This document shows positions 1 through 14,878 of a stretch of DNA of 64,000 bases, one piece after another. The DNA is from Octopus bimaculoides (lineage: Eukaryota): positions 50,154,159-50,218,158 of the forward strand of contig NC_068999.1 in assembly GCF_001194135.2 (NCBI RefSeq), in the 5' to 3' direction. A model generated the notes under the pieces. The model was not told where the DNA came from and did no database searches. It was given only the letters and a program-made list of their open reading frames with translations. A program made the position numbers and the translations under genes. Position 1 is the stretch's first letter, and every line of letters begins with the position of its first letter.

Positions 1-343
1 AACAGGCTTCTTTCAGTTTCTGTCTACCAAATCCACTCACGAAGCTTTAGTTGGTCCAAGGCTTTAGTAGAAGACACTTGCCCAAGGTGCCATGCAGGGG
101 AACTAAATCCAGAACCATGAGGTTGGGAAGCAAGCTTCTTACCACACAGTCATGCTTATTTATTGACCTTTTTTCTTTGTTGTTTTCTTTTAATTATGCA
201 TTATTTTGTGCCAATGAAATTTTGTAGGGTTGGTGTGAGAGGTCAGATCTGGGCAGTTTGAACATAAAACAGGTAGAATATTTGGGCCAGATGTGGCCAG
301 TTTAAATGTCAAATGCTTAAAACACTCCACTCCCAACCACAGT

Positions 344-500
344 GAAGGCACATGGCCTAATGGTTAGGGTGTTCCACTTGCAATCCTCAGATCATGATTT
401 CAATTCCCACACTGGGTGGTGCATTGTGTTTTTGAGCAAAACACTTCATTTCATTTCATGTCGCACCAGACAACCCATCTATAAATGGGTAACACTGCAA
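344..500 (+). mobile_element. tRNA-derived SINE (family E)
   Basis: Head GAAGGCACATGGCCTAATGGTTAGGG and TTGAGCAAAACACTT body; related copies at 52248-52380, 10649- and 4440-4612(-). Confidence 0.7.
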
Positions 501-757
501 AGGACTGGTGTCCAGGCCGGGGGGCGGGGCTGTGATCCTTATATACCAGGGAAACCAGGTAACTGTCCCAATAAGTCCTAGGGCCCAAGACAGAACTAAC
601 TAGCCTATTTGCTAATAAAAAAAAATCTCTTTAAATTCATATAAAACAAAACAAAACAATAGAAGCCTTAAGGCAAAAACATTAGTAATATAATTTGCAG
701 GTACAGGTGTGACTATGTGAGTGAATTTGGTTGACAGAAACTGAAAGAAGCCCGTCG

Positions 758-790
<33 letters not shown>

Positions 791-1891
791 CTATGTTTGT
801 CCCCCCAACTTCGTTTGACAACCGATGCTGGTGTGTTTACGTTCCCGTAACTCAGTGGTTCGGCAAAAGAGACCGATAGAATAAGTACTAGGCTTACAAA
901 GAATAAGTCCTGGGGGCGGTTTGCTCGACTATAAAGGCGGTGCTCCAGCATGGCCGCAGTCAAATGACTAAAACAAGTAAAAGAGTAGCAGTGTGCACTG
1001 AAGCAATACCACTAAGAATGTGTATGACAACAAAAGCTTAATTCAAACCCCGTATCTTTTATTCTACAAGACACTGACACCTCTACAGTTCTGATCTGAT
1101 TAGAGTGAAACTAGAAATGAAATGTGGATCATATAGCAATGATATTGAAGTTGACAAGTGAACCTTAATTGAGAAAGAGAGACAGAGACAGACAGACAGA
1201 GACAGTGTGTGTGTGTGTGTTATCTGTGGTGGTGGTGGGAGATAGTTGTTAGAGAACAGCTTCACAGTTGACTCCTTTCCAGCCTCACGCCTCACTGGGT
1301 ACATATTTCGAATAGTGCAATTCACCTGCTCCAGTATTGTTTTTGTAAGACAAGAAGGCCTGATCTTAATATATGTACACGCAGGGGTGGCTGTGTGGCA
1401 AGAAGTTTGCTTCCCAACCACATGATTCTGGGTTCAGTCCCACTGCATGGCACCTTGGGCAAGTGTCTTCTACTACAGTCTCGGGCTGATCAGTCACGTG
1501 AGTGGATTCGATAGATAGAAACTGAAAGAAGCCTGCCATATGTAATGTGTGTGTGTGTGTGTGTGTGTCTGTGTGTCTGTCCCCCACCACTGCTTGACAA
1601 CCGGTGTTGATGTGTTTACATCCCAGTAACATAGCAGTTTTAGCCAAAGTGACCAATACAATAAGTACCAGGTTTAATTAAGTACCGGGGTTAATAAGTA
1701 TGACTAAAATTCTTCAAGGCAGTGCTCCAGCATGGCCACAGTCTAATGACTGAAACAAATAAAAGATAAAATGTATGTGTGTGCGTGTGTCTATACACAC
1801 ACACACTCACTGGGACTTAATGAGTCTGGAAGAATGACAGACAAAACCAAATCTAATTCGTCCTCAGCAGCAGTAGTATTTATTATTCACA

Positions 1892-1936
<45 letters not shown>

Positions 1937-2829
1937 AAATAAGTGTCACCATCACATAAGCAGTCTGTCATGACATTGCGTGATAGTCGTACGCGAGTGT
2001 CACTATCACATAAACAGTGTCGTTAATTCCCAATAGCTTGTGAAAAATACAGCCTGCCAAAAGGGAAATATTTTATTAGCTCGCTTAGAAATTGGTCAGG
2101 GTAAGTAACAGCGAAGGGCACCTGGCCACAGGAAATCTTGCCTAAATAAACTCCGACCAACCCATGCAAGCATGGAAAAATAGTTGTAAAGCCATGATGC
2201 TTCCTCACTACTTCTGCTCATGATCAAGGATGCACATATCATCAGCCGCTAAGGGACATGCTCAACTGGTTAAGGTCAAACAACTGACAAGCAAATCTGT
2301 GGTATTGAACAGAATATTTGATGTAGCTCATCTTTTGCATCAAGGCAAAACAATGTACATGATAACACCTCCAATCAATTAAGATCAGAAGCCACGAGAG
2401 CCACTATTATTAATTATGGTGGTAAACCGGCAGAATCATTAATGAGTGAGACAAAATGCTCAACAGCATTTTTTCCAGCTCTTTATCTTCCAAGTTCAAC
2501 TTAACTTTTCAATGTTTTGGAGTCAATAAGTACCAGTTGAGCATGGGGGGGAGGGATGCAACTGATCTGACACCCTCCAAAAAAAAACAAAAAAAAAACA
2601 AAAAAAAAACATTGCTGCCTTGTNNNNNNNNNNTCAGTCAAGAGAAGATGTCAATACCATCAGAAACAAACACTAGAAAATGGAAACTAATTTACAAGAC
2701 ATCTTGGATTCCTAATTAAAGTAATTTCATTTGGGAGGGAAAGGAATGGCACCCGTAAAACTACCCCCCCCCTTCCACCATCTCTTAAAATTCCTATGCT
2801 TTAAGAATGTGCAAAAATCATCATCATCA

Positions 2830-2876
2830 TCAACTACCACCACCAACACTACTGCTGCTGCTGCTACAAAGGATGT
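2830..2876 (-). CDS. Candidate terminal exon of EMSY (DILCSSSSSSVGGGS*)
   Basis: gtgtttcag acceptor in the required phase 1, followed by TGA. Other nearby acceptors fit equally well. Confidence 0.3.
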
Positions 2877-3626
2877 CTGAAACACAGTAAGAAACTTGAC
2901 CCTGTTTTGAATTAAACAAAAAATTACTTCAGAGAAAGAGAGGAGGAGTAAAAGAATAAAAATACAATTTAAAAGAAGGCAAAAGGAATTAAATATCAAA
3001 AGATATAATATATACACACACACATATACACACGCACACACAAGGAGGGGGAAAAGGAGAGAGTACGAAGAGAAAACAAAGTGACGTAGATCAAATTTCA
3101 TTAAAAAAAAAGAAGAAAAGACGAAGGAATAAAAAAAAAAAAAAGGGGGTATTGGTATCACAGCTGAGGAGTAAAAATAATTAAACCGAAAAGTAATAAA
3201 GCAATGAAACACCCCTATTAAATAATTGGCACCATGGGAACAGACTGAAACTGAATTCCACATTAGCCAAAAATAAATAAATAAACAAATAGATTTAAAA
3301 AAAAAAATTTAAATTACATGGAGTGTGTGTGTGTGTGGGTGGGTGGGAGACTGATTCAAGGTTGGTTCACATCTGGCTAGAACAGCAAAAATATTTCTGA
3401 GCAAGAACACAAGAAGTAAGTAAGTAAGTAAATAAATAAATGGTAGCTAAAAGAAATTAAAAGATTCTTTTACCCAGACTCAAGAGTGTAATGCTAACCT
3501 TTGAGAAGGAGTGAGTACATGCGAACTGAGAAAGCGATTGAGTATCAGCAGATTATAAAGGAGGAAGAGGAGGAAAGGAGCGACACGAGTGGAGTGGTAT
3601 AAGCTTGGTGAAACAGTAGCCCTGAC

Positions 3627-3734
3627 CTGTGTGAGTGAGTGAGTTGTCTTCTGTTGAAGGTTCCCCTATAGCAGAGTCAAGCTCAGGAATGTCTGAGACA
3701 AGCCAGTCAGAGCCGACCTCAAGAAATGAGAAAT
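3627..3734 (-). CDS. Probable EMSY coding exon 20 (DFSFLEVGSDWLVSDIPELDSAIGEP...)
   Basis: cattcag acceptor, phase 1; CAG|GTCAGG donor. It could instead read through to the stop at 3553. Confidence 0.65.
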
Positions 3735-6700
3735 CTGAATGAATCAGAAGTGACAAACACAGAAGGTAGAGCCTTGCTCTCTCTCTGTCGGCTTTGAGGG
3801 TTCCAGTTGATCCGATCAACCAAATAGTCTGCTCGTGAAATTAACATGCAAGCGGCTGAGCATTCCACAGACACGCGTACCCTTAACCCTTTAGCATTTA
3901 AACTGGCCGTATCCAGCCTAAAGTTTTCTACCTGTTTTGTTAAAAATGGCCAGATATGGCCTGTCACACCTACCTAACAATGTCATTGTAAAAATAAGCA
4001 ATCACATCATTGAAATCTGAAAGCTACAAGATAATGCATGCTTAATTCAATCATCATCATCATCATCGTCGTTTAACGTCCGCTTTCCATGCTAGCATGG
4101 GTTGGACGATTTGACTGAGGACTGGTGAAACCAGATGGCTACACCAGGCTCCAATCTGATCTGGCAGAGTTTCTACAGCTGGATGCCCTTCATAACGCCA
4201 ACCACTCCAAGAGTGTAGTGGGTGCTTTTACGTGCCACCCGCACGAAGGCCAGTCAGGCGGTACTGGCAACGGCCATGCTCGAAATGGTGTATTTTACGT
4301 GCCACCTGCACAGGAGCCAGTCCAGGAGCACTGGTAACGATCTCGCTCAATATGAATATATAAGCATTGCATTTGCCAGAGTAATCTGAATGCTAAAGGA
4401 TTAACAGAGTTCTCGGGAAGATTCAGCATGACACGATGTGACAAGGTTGGCCCTTTGAATTACAAAGTACGACTCAGTTTTGCCAGCTGAATGGACTAGA
4501 GAAACAAGAGATAAAGTGTCTGGCTGAAGGGCACAACATGCCAACAGGACTGGAACTGATAACTTTATGACCAGGGGTCAAACACCCTAGCTATTAAGCC
4601 ATGTGCCTTCACACAGAAGGTATATTGCAAACTGGTTTAACCGGTATTAGCAGGTATAATGCATCTGGCCCCTATTACAAATATAAACACTATTTTTAAG
4701 GGTTCGTATTTAAATTAAATCTGTCCATCAATAATTAGTATGCTAAATAAAAAATAAAATAATAAAATATTCATTAAATTGTGATGCAAACAGCAGCTAA
4801 ATAGCAGAAACCAGTTTTGTGTTAGCCTATTTAATTAAGTAAGCATTAAGAAGCTAATTAGAAATAATTAAAGAGTGAACATTAAAAAGCTAATCAGAAT
4901 TAAGCAGTGAGGAAATATTAATTATTAAATATTACTATGTTATGACTACCTTATTTGATGGCCTATAAGACAATTTTTTTTTCCCCAAAAAAAATGCTTT
5001 GTGAAAACCAGCCCAGGTCCTATTTGCAAAATTAGGCCCCCCATAAGCTTTCAATTCACTAAAAACTATTTTTTTCCTTAAATATGCATGGCTGAAAGTG
5101 GAGTTCATCTAATATGTCTGCACGATTTTCACTAGGGTGTTAGGGTTAGGGTTTTAGGGTTAGAGAATTCCGTCCATAACCCTAACTGTATCACTAACCC
5201 TAACACCCTAGTGAAAATCGTGCGGGTGTTAATCTGAAAATTTACCTTTTTAACACCATAGAAGTTTATTTCAGCTATTTCAGTAAGTGCAGGAGATAAC
5301 ATGTTTCAGCATTATTAGACCTTTGTAAGGAAGCACTGACTTTACTGTAATTGCTGAGATAGTGTTGAGAGAATCATTAGGCAGATGTACAATAAGGTAC
5401 TCGGGTGAACATGAAAATTTGTATCAGATGGAATAAACTGAGAGGAAATTCACTCTCAAAGATCGTTAATAATGAAAGAGAAATTTATTTACTAAGCCCT
5501 CCCAAAGACTTGCTAATTAATTTTCAATTTTAATTGAAACAGATAAGTGGTATGTTTCATTAGAAATTTAATTAATTGGGATGAGCATCCAATAATGATG
5601 GGGAGGAGGAAGCAGATGAGTTACAGATGATCGTGTTTATGATACCAGGCTAAACTAACAGCAGGAGAAACTAGGAATGCATAGGCTGAATTTACCCAGA
5701 AGAATTTACAACAAGGCCCATAATGTCAAAAACAAAGAAAAAAAATAAAGAATTTAACTGAAAGAAAATCTGACCTGAAGGGCTTCCAGCAGGGACCATT
5801 TCTTCAAGGTTTTCTTTACTAAGGAACTCTACACTTTTGCCTTGCCCTTGGAGGGGCTCTTCGCTGCTCACATGGCTGCTGTTTGAACCCTTTCTGTCTG
5901 ACGTCGTAGAAAGTACTGTTAATGGTTCGGACACGACAACCACCTCAGCCGAAGTCTTAACACTGATGAGAATTGACTTTCCGAGTGTTTTCTCGTCTTT
6001 AGTCGCCCTCGGTGTCACCTTTGACAAAAGCTTGTCCCCTCGTTCAGCAATAGTACCCTCAGAATTGCTGCAAACACTGTTTACCACAGTGCTCTTGCCA
6101 TCTGTGAGAGGTTCGATTGGACACAGTTCTGAGACCACTTTGTTTTGGACAGGTACACGGTCTTTTGCAGTGCTGCTTTTTCCGGGCAAGGTTAGCATCA
6201 CAGATGGGTTTAAATCGCACTTAATGCCGCCGGTTTTGCTAAAAGGTCTGGGACCATTGATTTCAACCTAAATAAAGTAAAAAGAAATTTGTCGTAACTT
6301 TTGTTAAATGAAGGGACTATTTTGCTTTTTTTGGCATCTAAATATCAAAAGCTGATTCAGAATTAAATTGAAACAACATAGTACTTAAAAATTTCTTATG
6401 TTAATACAAGGTTACAAATTTGAAAGGACAGAGTCACAATCAACTGAACAGGCAAAATATTACTGGTATAGCTGGTGTCTACAACTGGATGCCCTTCCTG
6501 ATGCCAACCACTTCGAGAGTGTAGTGGAGGCCTTTCATGTGTCACAGCACGGGTGCCCTTTATATATCATTGGCACAGATGTTTTTTTTTTTACATGTCA
6601 CCAGCATGGAAGCTGTTATGTGTCACCAACACTGGCCACAAACTATGATTTCACTTAGCATGATGAGTTTTCTCAAGCACAGCAAATTGCCAAAGCACCT

Positions 6701-9700
6701 TGTCATCGCCTTCATGGGACGATATTATTGAGGTCACCAAGTAACTTGCAGGACAAGACCCCTTTTACAGTTGGATGCCTTTCATGTCACTTGCCCTTAT
6801 CTATTTTTTAAGAAAACAGATTATTTTATTTCACTCGACTTTGAAAGCACAAGGCTAGAAGATGATGTTTTGACAGACATTGTCAACAAACATCATCGAT
6901 TTATTAATCTCAGGACAGACATGTAAAATGCAAAATGTAAATATTTATACATGTGCACACACGCACACACACAGATATATATTAATATTCATTTATATGT
7001 TCAGTTATAACAAAAGCAATTTTAATTTTACAGTTACTCTATACGTTAGTAGAATACAAATTTATTATTCTTAAACAAGAATGTTGCTGACAATGACTTT
7101 GAAATTTGGGCCAACCAATGATGATGATGATTGTTTTGCATTAATCATACATTATCTCATAGCTATGAGGTGAGTGTTTATTTTTAAAATGACATTGTAG
7201 GGTAGGTATGAGAGGCTACACATGACCTGTTTGAATGTGAAAACAGGTAGAGTAATTGGGCCAGATATGGCCAGTTTAAATGCTAAAGGGCTAACCCTGC
7301 TCAATTAGGGTTGCCTTGGGACTCAACAACAACATTGTTGTAGTAGCTGACTGAACCAACCACTAGTACACACCTGGCACTATTTTAGCAAATAAACGAA
7401 AGCTTTTCAATTCAGTGCAATTCAAATTCATTAAAAAAAAAAAATTAAAAAAAAGACATGTTCCACACCAATAACGTCTTACATTGGAATTAATAAAACC
7501 CCAAATTTAGTGGGAGGTGAGGACAGGTGGAGTAGTCCATTAACTCAGCCCTAGTATTTTGACTGATACTTCAAGTTTATTGATACCAGAAGGACTAAGA
7601 GACAAAGCTGACCTCGGTGAGATTTGAATTCAGAATGTAAATGACCACAACGAGTGCTGGAAGATATTTTGTCGCCCACCCTTAAAGATTCAGGCAAACC
7701 ACTGTTGTTAATAACAATAGTTTCTAGCATTAGCCTAAAGCCACAAACTTTGAGAAAGGAAACAACTGAGTTACCAACCCCGTTACGTTGCTGGTGTTTA
7801 TTTTATCGTCTCCAGAAGAATGAAAGGTAAATGTAACCTTTAGTATAGAAAAACAACTGCAACAATAGGTACAGAAAGGGTCCTGTGTTTATTGGAAAGT
7901 TGTTCAATTCAGTGTTTGGGTTGAATGTGTTTTACTGGTGGTACTACACTGTCATATATGTGTGACAAGGTAAATACAAAAGGAATATATGGGTGAGGGA
8001 AAGGGAGAGAGGAGGGGGAGAGGGAGAGAGGAGAGAAAGGAGGGAAAAGAGAGAGAATGAAAGGGGAGAGAGACAAAAGGGAGGGGAGAGAGAAAGGAAT
8101 GAGGAAAGAGAGAGGGGAGAGAGAAAAAGGAGAGGAAGAGGGAGATGAAGGAGAGAGGAAGAGGGAGATGAAGGAAAAGGATGAGGTACGAGGAAAGAAA
8201 AGAAAGAAGGAAAGACAGCATGAGACAGGTGTGTCAGAATGTCAAAATTGGGACAGGTAATGTGAAATGAAGGTTTGAACACCTCCACACGTACTTACAG
8301 ACAGAACAGGAAGTGTGTGTGTGTGTGTGTGTGTGTGCATGTGCGCTTGATCAATCAATGAAGATAAATGGCTAGGAGAAAGAACTGAAAGTGAGTAGGG
8401 AGTAAAAGAAAGAGAGTGGGGGGGGAAGAATAAAACAGACTAGAACTGCCTCCCACTTTTACAATAGAGACTGTAACAAGGAGGAGGAGGGCAGGACTGT
8501 CATGCTATATTGAAATGGGAGAGAGTGCTAGCGAGCAGGTGAATGAAGTAGAACAGAAAAGCAGACACAAAAGTTGCCAGAAAATCAAGTTGATATCCTC
8601 ACAAAACACAGTCTCTGTCTGTCTGTCTGTCTCTCTCTCTCACACACATTCTCTGCCACAAGTGATTTGGTTATTATTATTATTATTATTATTCTACAGA
8701 TATATATATATCCTGTTTTTAGAGGCTGATACACACAGCTGCTGTGCCTCTAGTCAAGGTACCTCTAGTCAAGGTACCTCTTCTAATCTTCAATCTAGCA
8801 GGAAAACTAGTCATCAATTATGTCTATTGACCACAGATTGATCAAGTTTCAAAATCTTTTAAGCCAACTTTTCCGACAGAGAACAGAAAACAAAACAAGT
8901 TTAACCAAGCTTTACAAATAATGTCAAATTATAAAATAAAATAAAAGGAAAGTGAGGTCAATTAATCAATTAATTTAATTGCATCACAGGTGTTTGTATT
9001 TAAACCAGATATATCTGGCCCAAATACTCTACCTGTTTTATGTTCAGAGTGGCCAGATCTGATCTCTCACACCTACCTACAATGTAATTCTAACACATCA
9101 TTGAAATCCCAAAGCTATGAGATAATGCATGATTAATTCAAAACAATGTGAATGCATAAGCACTGCATTTGGCAGATTAATGATTCTTTAAGGATTATCA
9201 TCATTATTATTATTAAAGGTGGCGAGTTGGCATGCCAGGCAAAATGCTTAGCGGCATTTCATCCGTCTTCACATTCTGAGTTCAAAGGATTATTATTATT
9301 ATCATGAGTTCAAATTCCACCAAGGTCAGCTTTGTTTTTCATCTTTTCAGGGTCAATAAAATAAGTGCCAGTTGGGCATTAAGGTCAATGTAATGAACTT
9401 AGCCCGTCCCCTAAAATTGCTGGTCTTGTGCCAGAATTACAAAAACTCATCATTATTATTAAAACAATGAAAGACTTAAGTGAAATGTGATGGATGTAGT
9501 TTTAGATGCACAGGAACTAGGAGCACTATTGTTGTTGGCACTCCGTCACTTACGACGTCGAGGGTTCCAGTTGATCCGATCAACGGAACAGCCTGCTCGT
9601 GAAATTAACGTGCAAGTGGTTGAGCACTCCACAGACACGTGTACCCTTAATGTAGTTCTTGGGGATATTCAGCATGACACAGTGTGACAAGGCTGGCCCT

Positions 9701-11604
9701 TTGAATTACAGGCACAACAGAAACAGGAAGTAAGAGAAAGTTGTGGTGAAAGAGTACAGCAGGGTTCACCACCATCCCCTGCCGGAGCCTCGTGGAGCTT
9801 TAGGTGTTTTCACTCAATAAACACTCACAATGCCCGGTCTGGGAATGGAAACCGCGATCCTATGACCGCGAGTCCGCTGCCCTAACCACTGGGCCATTGT
9901 GCCTCCATAGGAACACTATATCCAAGAGCTAACACACAGTAGAAAATATCTAATTTTTGTAATGGAAGTTCACAATATTAATGAGACACACGGATAGGTG
10001 GTGGCATATTTGTTTAAACATCAAGTTAAAAATGCGTTTTAGTCATTGAACCACATTTATCTGATCAGAATTGACAGGGATTGATCAATACCATCTGTGT
10101 TAAATTTTCTAAAATAACAATATAACAAGATTAATTAACTGAAAAAAAGTTTATTAGTGGTGGTGATAGTAAAGAGGACAATCATAATGAAAAGGAGAAA
10201 CACTCCTTGTTTTTTTTAATTGTAAGAATACAGAATCTAACAATTTTTCCCTCCTCATTTAAATGATTGGTAAACTGGCAGTGGTACTAAGGGAACTAAC
10301 TCTGATTATGTTTAAACTAACATAAAAATCAAAAAAGAAACAAATTTTTACTGGTGATCGACAGCAAGGACATTAATCGGTTTCATTCATAGATAAACTG
10401 AAAACACTGTAAAGTGATTGAGTGCTCACATAATTTCCAACACCATAGAAGAGGAATCAGACAAAGAAGTCCACCAGTGGACTGGCTGAAGGCTACTGTA
10501 GAAGACACTTGCCCAAGGTGCTGCATAGTTGGGAGTAAAACACTGAAACCACGTATTTGCAAAGCGAGCATCTTAATCACGGTTATGCCTGCATACCCAC
10601 TTTTTCCTGTCACCCGCTAATTTTAACATTCATTTCCACACTACCATTATGAAGGCACATGGCTCAGTGGTTTCCCTGACCAGGCTGTCTGTTGTGTCCT
10701 TGCCATGTTCACTCAGCTGTATCGGTCCCTTTGCCTTTCTCTTGGATAACATCAGGGGCTTGAAGAGGGGAGGCTGGTATGCATGGGCGACTGCTGGTCT
10801 TCCACAAACAACCTTGCCGGGACTTGTGCCTAGGAGAGGAACTTTCTAGGTGCAATCCCATGGTCATTCACAACCAAAGGGATTCTTTACCTTTTTACCA
10901 TTATGAAACTAACTTGTCATTCTGACTCTCACAAGATTATAAACTGACTGATGCCCCCACTTTTCAAACAGTTTAAATTTTTTTGTTGTTCTTGAAGCAC
11001 ACACACACACACACACATATTTATTACCTTACCAGCCCAAGAAAAATAACTCTTTTAACTAAAAATGACAAGTAATGAACTATAATAAATAATATATTTT
11101 CAAGGAAAACCTGAAAATGGAACTTTACACCACCACTTCACATTAGTTCAATAAACTGGAGTTATAATTTTAATCTAATCAAAAGAATACCATATATTCG
11201 TTTCTGTAACATGAAACTTAGCATTATTATTAAGTACCAGCAAGTACTATAATAAATATTTTACTCAACTATATGTATCAAGTGCTCTTATCATACTTCA
11301 TCATAATAACTGTGTGTGTTATGTAGTTTCATACATAANNNNNNNNNNNNNNNNNNNNNNNNNNNNNNNNNNNNNNNNNNNNNNNNNNNNNNNNNNNNNN
11401 NNNNNNNNNNNNNNTATATATATATATATATATATATTGAACACACATACACACAGTATGTGCTTTGAAGCGTTGGAGATGATTCTCTCACCTCATATCA
11501 CAGCCAACCGGTGAACTAGCATTGTGTGTGTATGTGTGTTCAATAATGCTTACAACACTCAAGCTGCTTTGAAAATTATACACACACACACACACACGTG
11601 TGTA

Positions 11605-11650
<46 letters not shown>

Positions 11651-14600
11651 CACACACAACCATGCATATATATATATACATATGTATGCACATATACACA
11701 CACGTAAAAAAAAATTGGATAAAAAAAATCTGAAAGAAACTACGTACCAGCCGCTGCTTCTCAAAATTAGTGGATTTGTTGAGCACACTTCCTCTGTTTT
11801 CTTGTGTGGAACTAGTTATGCAAGAGATTGGCACAGACACTCTTACTAGTGATGTGGATGAAGATGTTGACGATGATGTGGATGATGACGACGACGATGG
11901 CGATGAGGATGATAATGTTGATGACTGTGATGATGACTTTGTTGATGTTGCAGTTGTTGTTGTTGTTGATGATGATGATGATGATGAGGATGTAGATGAT
12001 GCTGAACGAGAGGAAGATGAGGATGTTAATAATGATAATGACGATGATGATGACAATGATGATGAGGGTGATGATGAGGATGTTGACAATGAAGATGATG
12101 ATGGTGATGATGACGATGATGATGATGACGATAATGATGTGGATATTGAAATAGACGATGACACCGGTTTAAGAGTCTTTTCAGCAGTAGTGAGCTGGGC
12201 TGATGTTTTATTGAGCGGTTTTAATTTGGTGACCAACTCTTTCTGACAACTGTTGATCAAAACCGAAGGGAACTTCTTCATCTCTTCACTTCGTTTCGGA
12301 ATCGCTGACAGAACGATATCTTTGCTGTTGTTACAGGAACGACGGCCTTCCAGCAGAACTTTCGACACGGTGACAGTGTGCGAGTCGATCTTCTTCACAG
12401 TTACTTTTGGCGGGGAGGGTTTGCTGAGAATCGAACCGCCCACTGACGTGTCCAGTTTCCTACTCAGCGACATCGAAGTAGTCACTGGCACCACTTTCTT
12501 ATGAACCGTGTTCACGCAAACAGTTGCAGACACGCCCTTTCCTGCTTCGCTTGTGGGACTCACAAGCTTCTTGAGAATCTTAACTGCATCCACTGGCGAA
12601 GTGTTTATGCTGCTTGTGCCTCTTAACTTTTTGTAATCTTTGATCTCCGTTAAAGAGACATCCACCACTTTGGACGAGGTGGTTTTCGATTTAGCACCAA
12701 TATTGTCCAGAGATTTGCCCTCAGCTAGGCTGTTTGGGGTTTCACCAAGTTTTCCTTCAACGCCTGTTGGGGAAGATTTCTTTGGAATTTTCGCATTAGA
12801 ATCCTTTAGTTGAGTCGATGTGGTAATGGCATGCACTCTTACGTCTTTCATGTCAATCTTTGATGAGCAGAGGCGTTTCTCCGAAGGTTTTTCTTTAGTG
12901 ATCACCACCACTTGATGCTGTTGCTGCTGACCTCCCTGTTGAGTAGATGCACTGCTTAATTTCTTCTGCACAGTTTTCACCTGGAAAATGTTTAGGGGTA
13001 GTTTTGCGATTGTTTCAGGAGAGGAGGTTTTTGCCGAGACACTCTTGGGAGACGTCGTGATGGTTATGACAGGCGGAGAGGATTCAGATGAAGACGATTC
13101 TTGCTTAGCACTCCCTTTCAGGAATGACTTAGAGACAGGAGTAGAAGAAACTGACGATGAAGACATGGTACTTGTCACAGGCTGGGAAACGGGCTCGGAT
13201 GTAAGGTTGATAGTTTCTTTCAAACAGATTACATCTGGATCTAAGGGAAAAAAATAAAAACAATGTAATTAGAAACTTGTAGATCATCTGCGACATATAT
13301 TGATACGTATATTTACAAATGAATTTACGCACAACACATAACATGTAGCATCTTTTATCTTTTACATGTTTCAGCCATTAGACTATGGCCATGCTGTGAC
13401 ACTGCCTTGAAAGATTCAGTCAAATGACTCGACCCCAGTAATTTATTCCCAAGCCCAGTCCTTATTCTATCACCTTCTTTTGCCGAACTGCTAAATTATG
13501 GGGACATAAACACACCAACCCCAGTTGTCAAGCAGCAGTGGGGACAAACACAGACACACTCACATACATGCCTGCACACACACACACACACACATGATTG
13601 GCTTCCATACAGTTTCTTATTTCTTTATTGCCCACAAGGGGCTAAACATAGAGGGGACAAACAAGGACAGATAAAGGGATTAAGTCGATTACATCAACCC
13701 CAGTGCTTAACTGGTACTTAATTTATCGACCCCGAAAGGATGAAAGGCAAAGTTGACCTCGGTGGAATTTGAACTCAGAACGTAAAGACAGACGAAATAC
13801 TGCAAAGCACTTCGCCCGGCACGCTAACGGTTCTGCCAGCTCGCCGCCTTCCTTCAGTTTCCGTCTACCAAATCCACTCACAAGGTTTTGGTCAGCCCAG
13901 GGCTATAGTCAAAGACACTTGCCCAAGGTGCCACGCAGTGGGACTGAACCCGGAACCATGTGGTTGCAAAGCAAACTTCTTACCATATAGCCATGATGAT
14001 GATGATGATCCCCAATATCTTCCCAGTTTGCTTTGTTACCACAGGATCTTGAGTTCTATTTGAGTGTGGTGCCTTGGGCAAGTTTCCCTCTACTGTAGTC
14101 TCAGGCTGACTTATGCATTGTGAGTGGAATTGGTAGACGAAAACTGCATGGAAGCCTGTTGCATGATATATGTGCATGTGTGTGTCAGTGAGCATGCATG
14201 TGTCTGTATGAGAGTCTAACTTCCATGTCCCAACATGAAAATCACTGAACAAAGACAAAATAAAAAAAACATTGGCAACATTATGTTGATAATCCCTATT
14301 AACAGATCATTCCCAAACTGTTTTCAGAGCCAAGTGGAATCTACTATAATAATAATACTCTTGTGTTTTTCTCCATCACAACATATGAATTAGAAAGGAA
14401 GGGGCGATGGTAAACTGGTAGTGGGATGATGTAAATTCTACAGTGAAAAAAAAAAAAATCAAACAGCGTTTCAACTCTATGTGAGTATATGTGTATGTAA
14501 AAGGGAGGTATGTGAATGTTTGTGTTCTAGTGTTTGTAAACCCGAACAAGAATGTGTGGAGAGAGAGAGAGACGGGAGGGAGAATTAGCAAGGTAAGATA

Positions 14601-14830
14601 CACGATCGACAACAGAAACAGCAACAACGAAATAGACAGCCTTACCTGAGTTCACTTTAGAAGGATTGTCTGGTACTGAAACACTGCTTTTCCTGGTTGT
14701 GTTTGAAACTGTCGATATCAATGGTGACGTGGTGATTTTAGCCAGTAGAGTGTTGGATGTGGGTTTGGACGTGGGGCTCTCTTTCGTCCCTTTGGTAATG
14801 CTGATACTACTACTACTACTACTACTACTG

Positions 14831-14878
<48 letters not shown>

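Noticed and set aside
8057-8260. Glu/Arg/Lys-rich ORF
   Set aside because: It is a translation of a GA-rich simple repeat.
8690-8800. 15-bp tandem repeat CCTCTAGTCAAGGTA as a possible EMSY exon
   Set aside because: The phase-0 frame required after exon 18 hits TAG at the fourth codon, and exons 18 and 19 already join in phase.
11770-12246. 158-aa poly-Asp ORF on the + strand
   Set aside because: It is the antisense mirror of the (TCA)n Ser tract of EMSY exon 18 and has no splice context.
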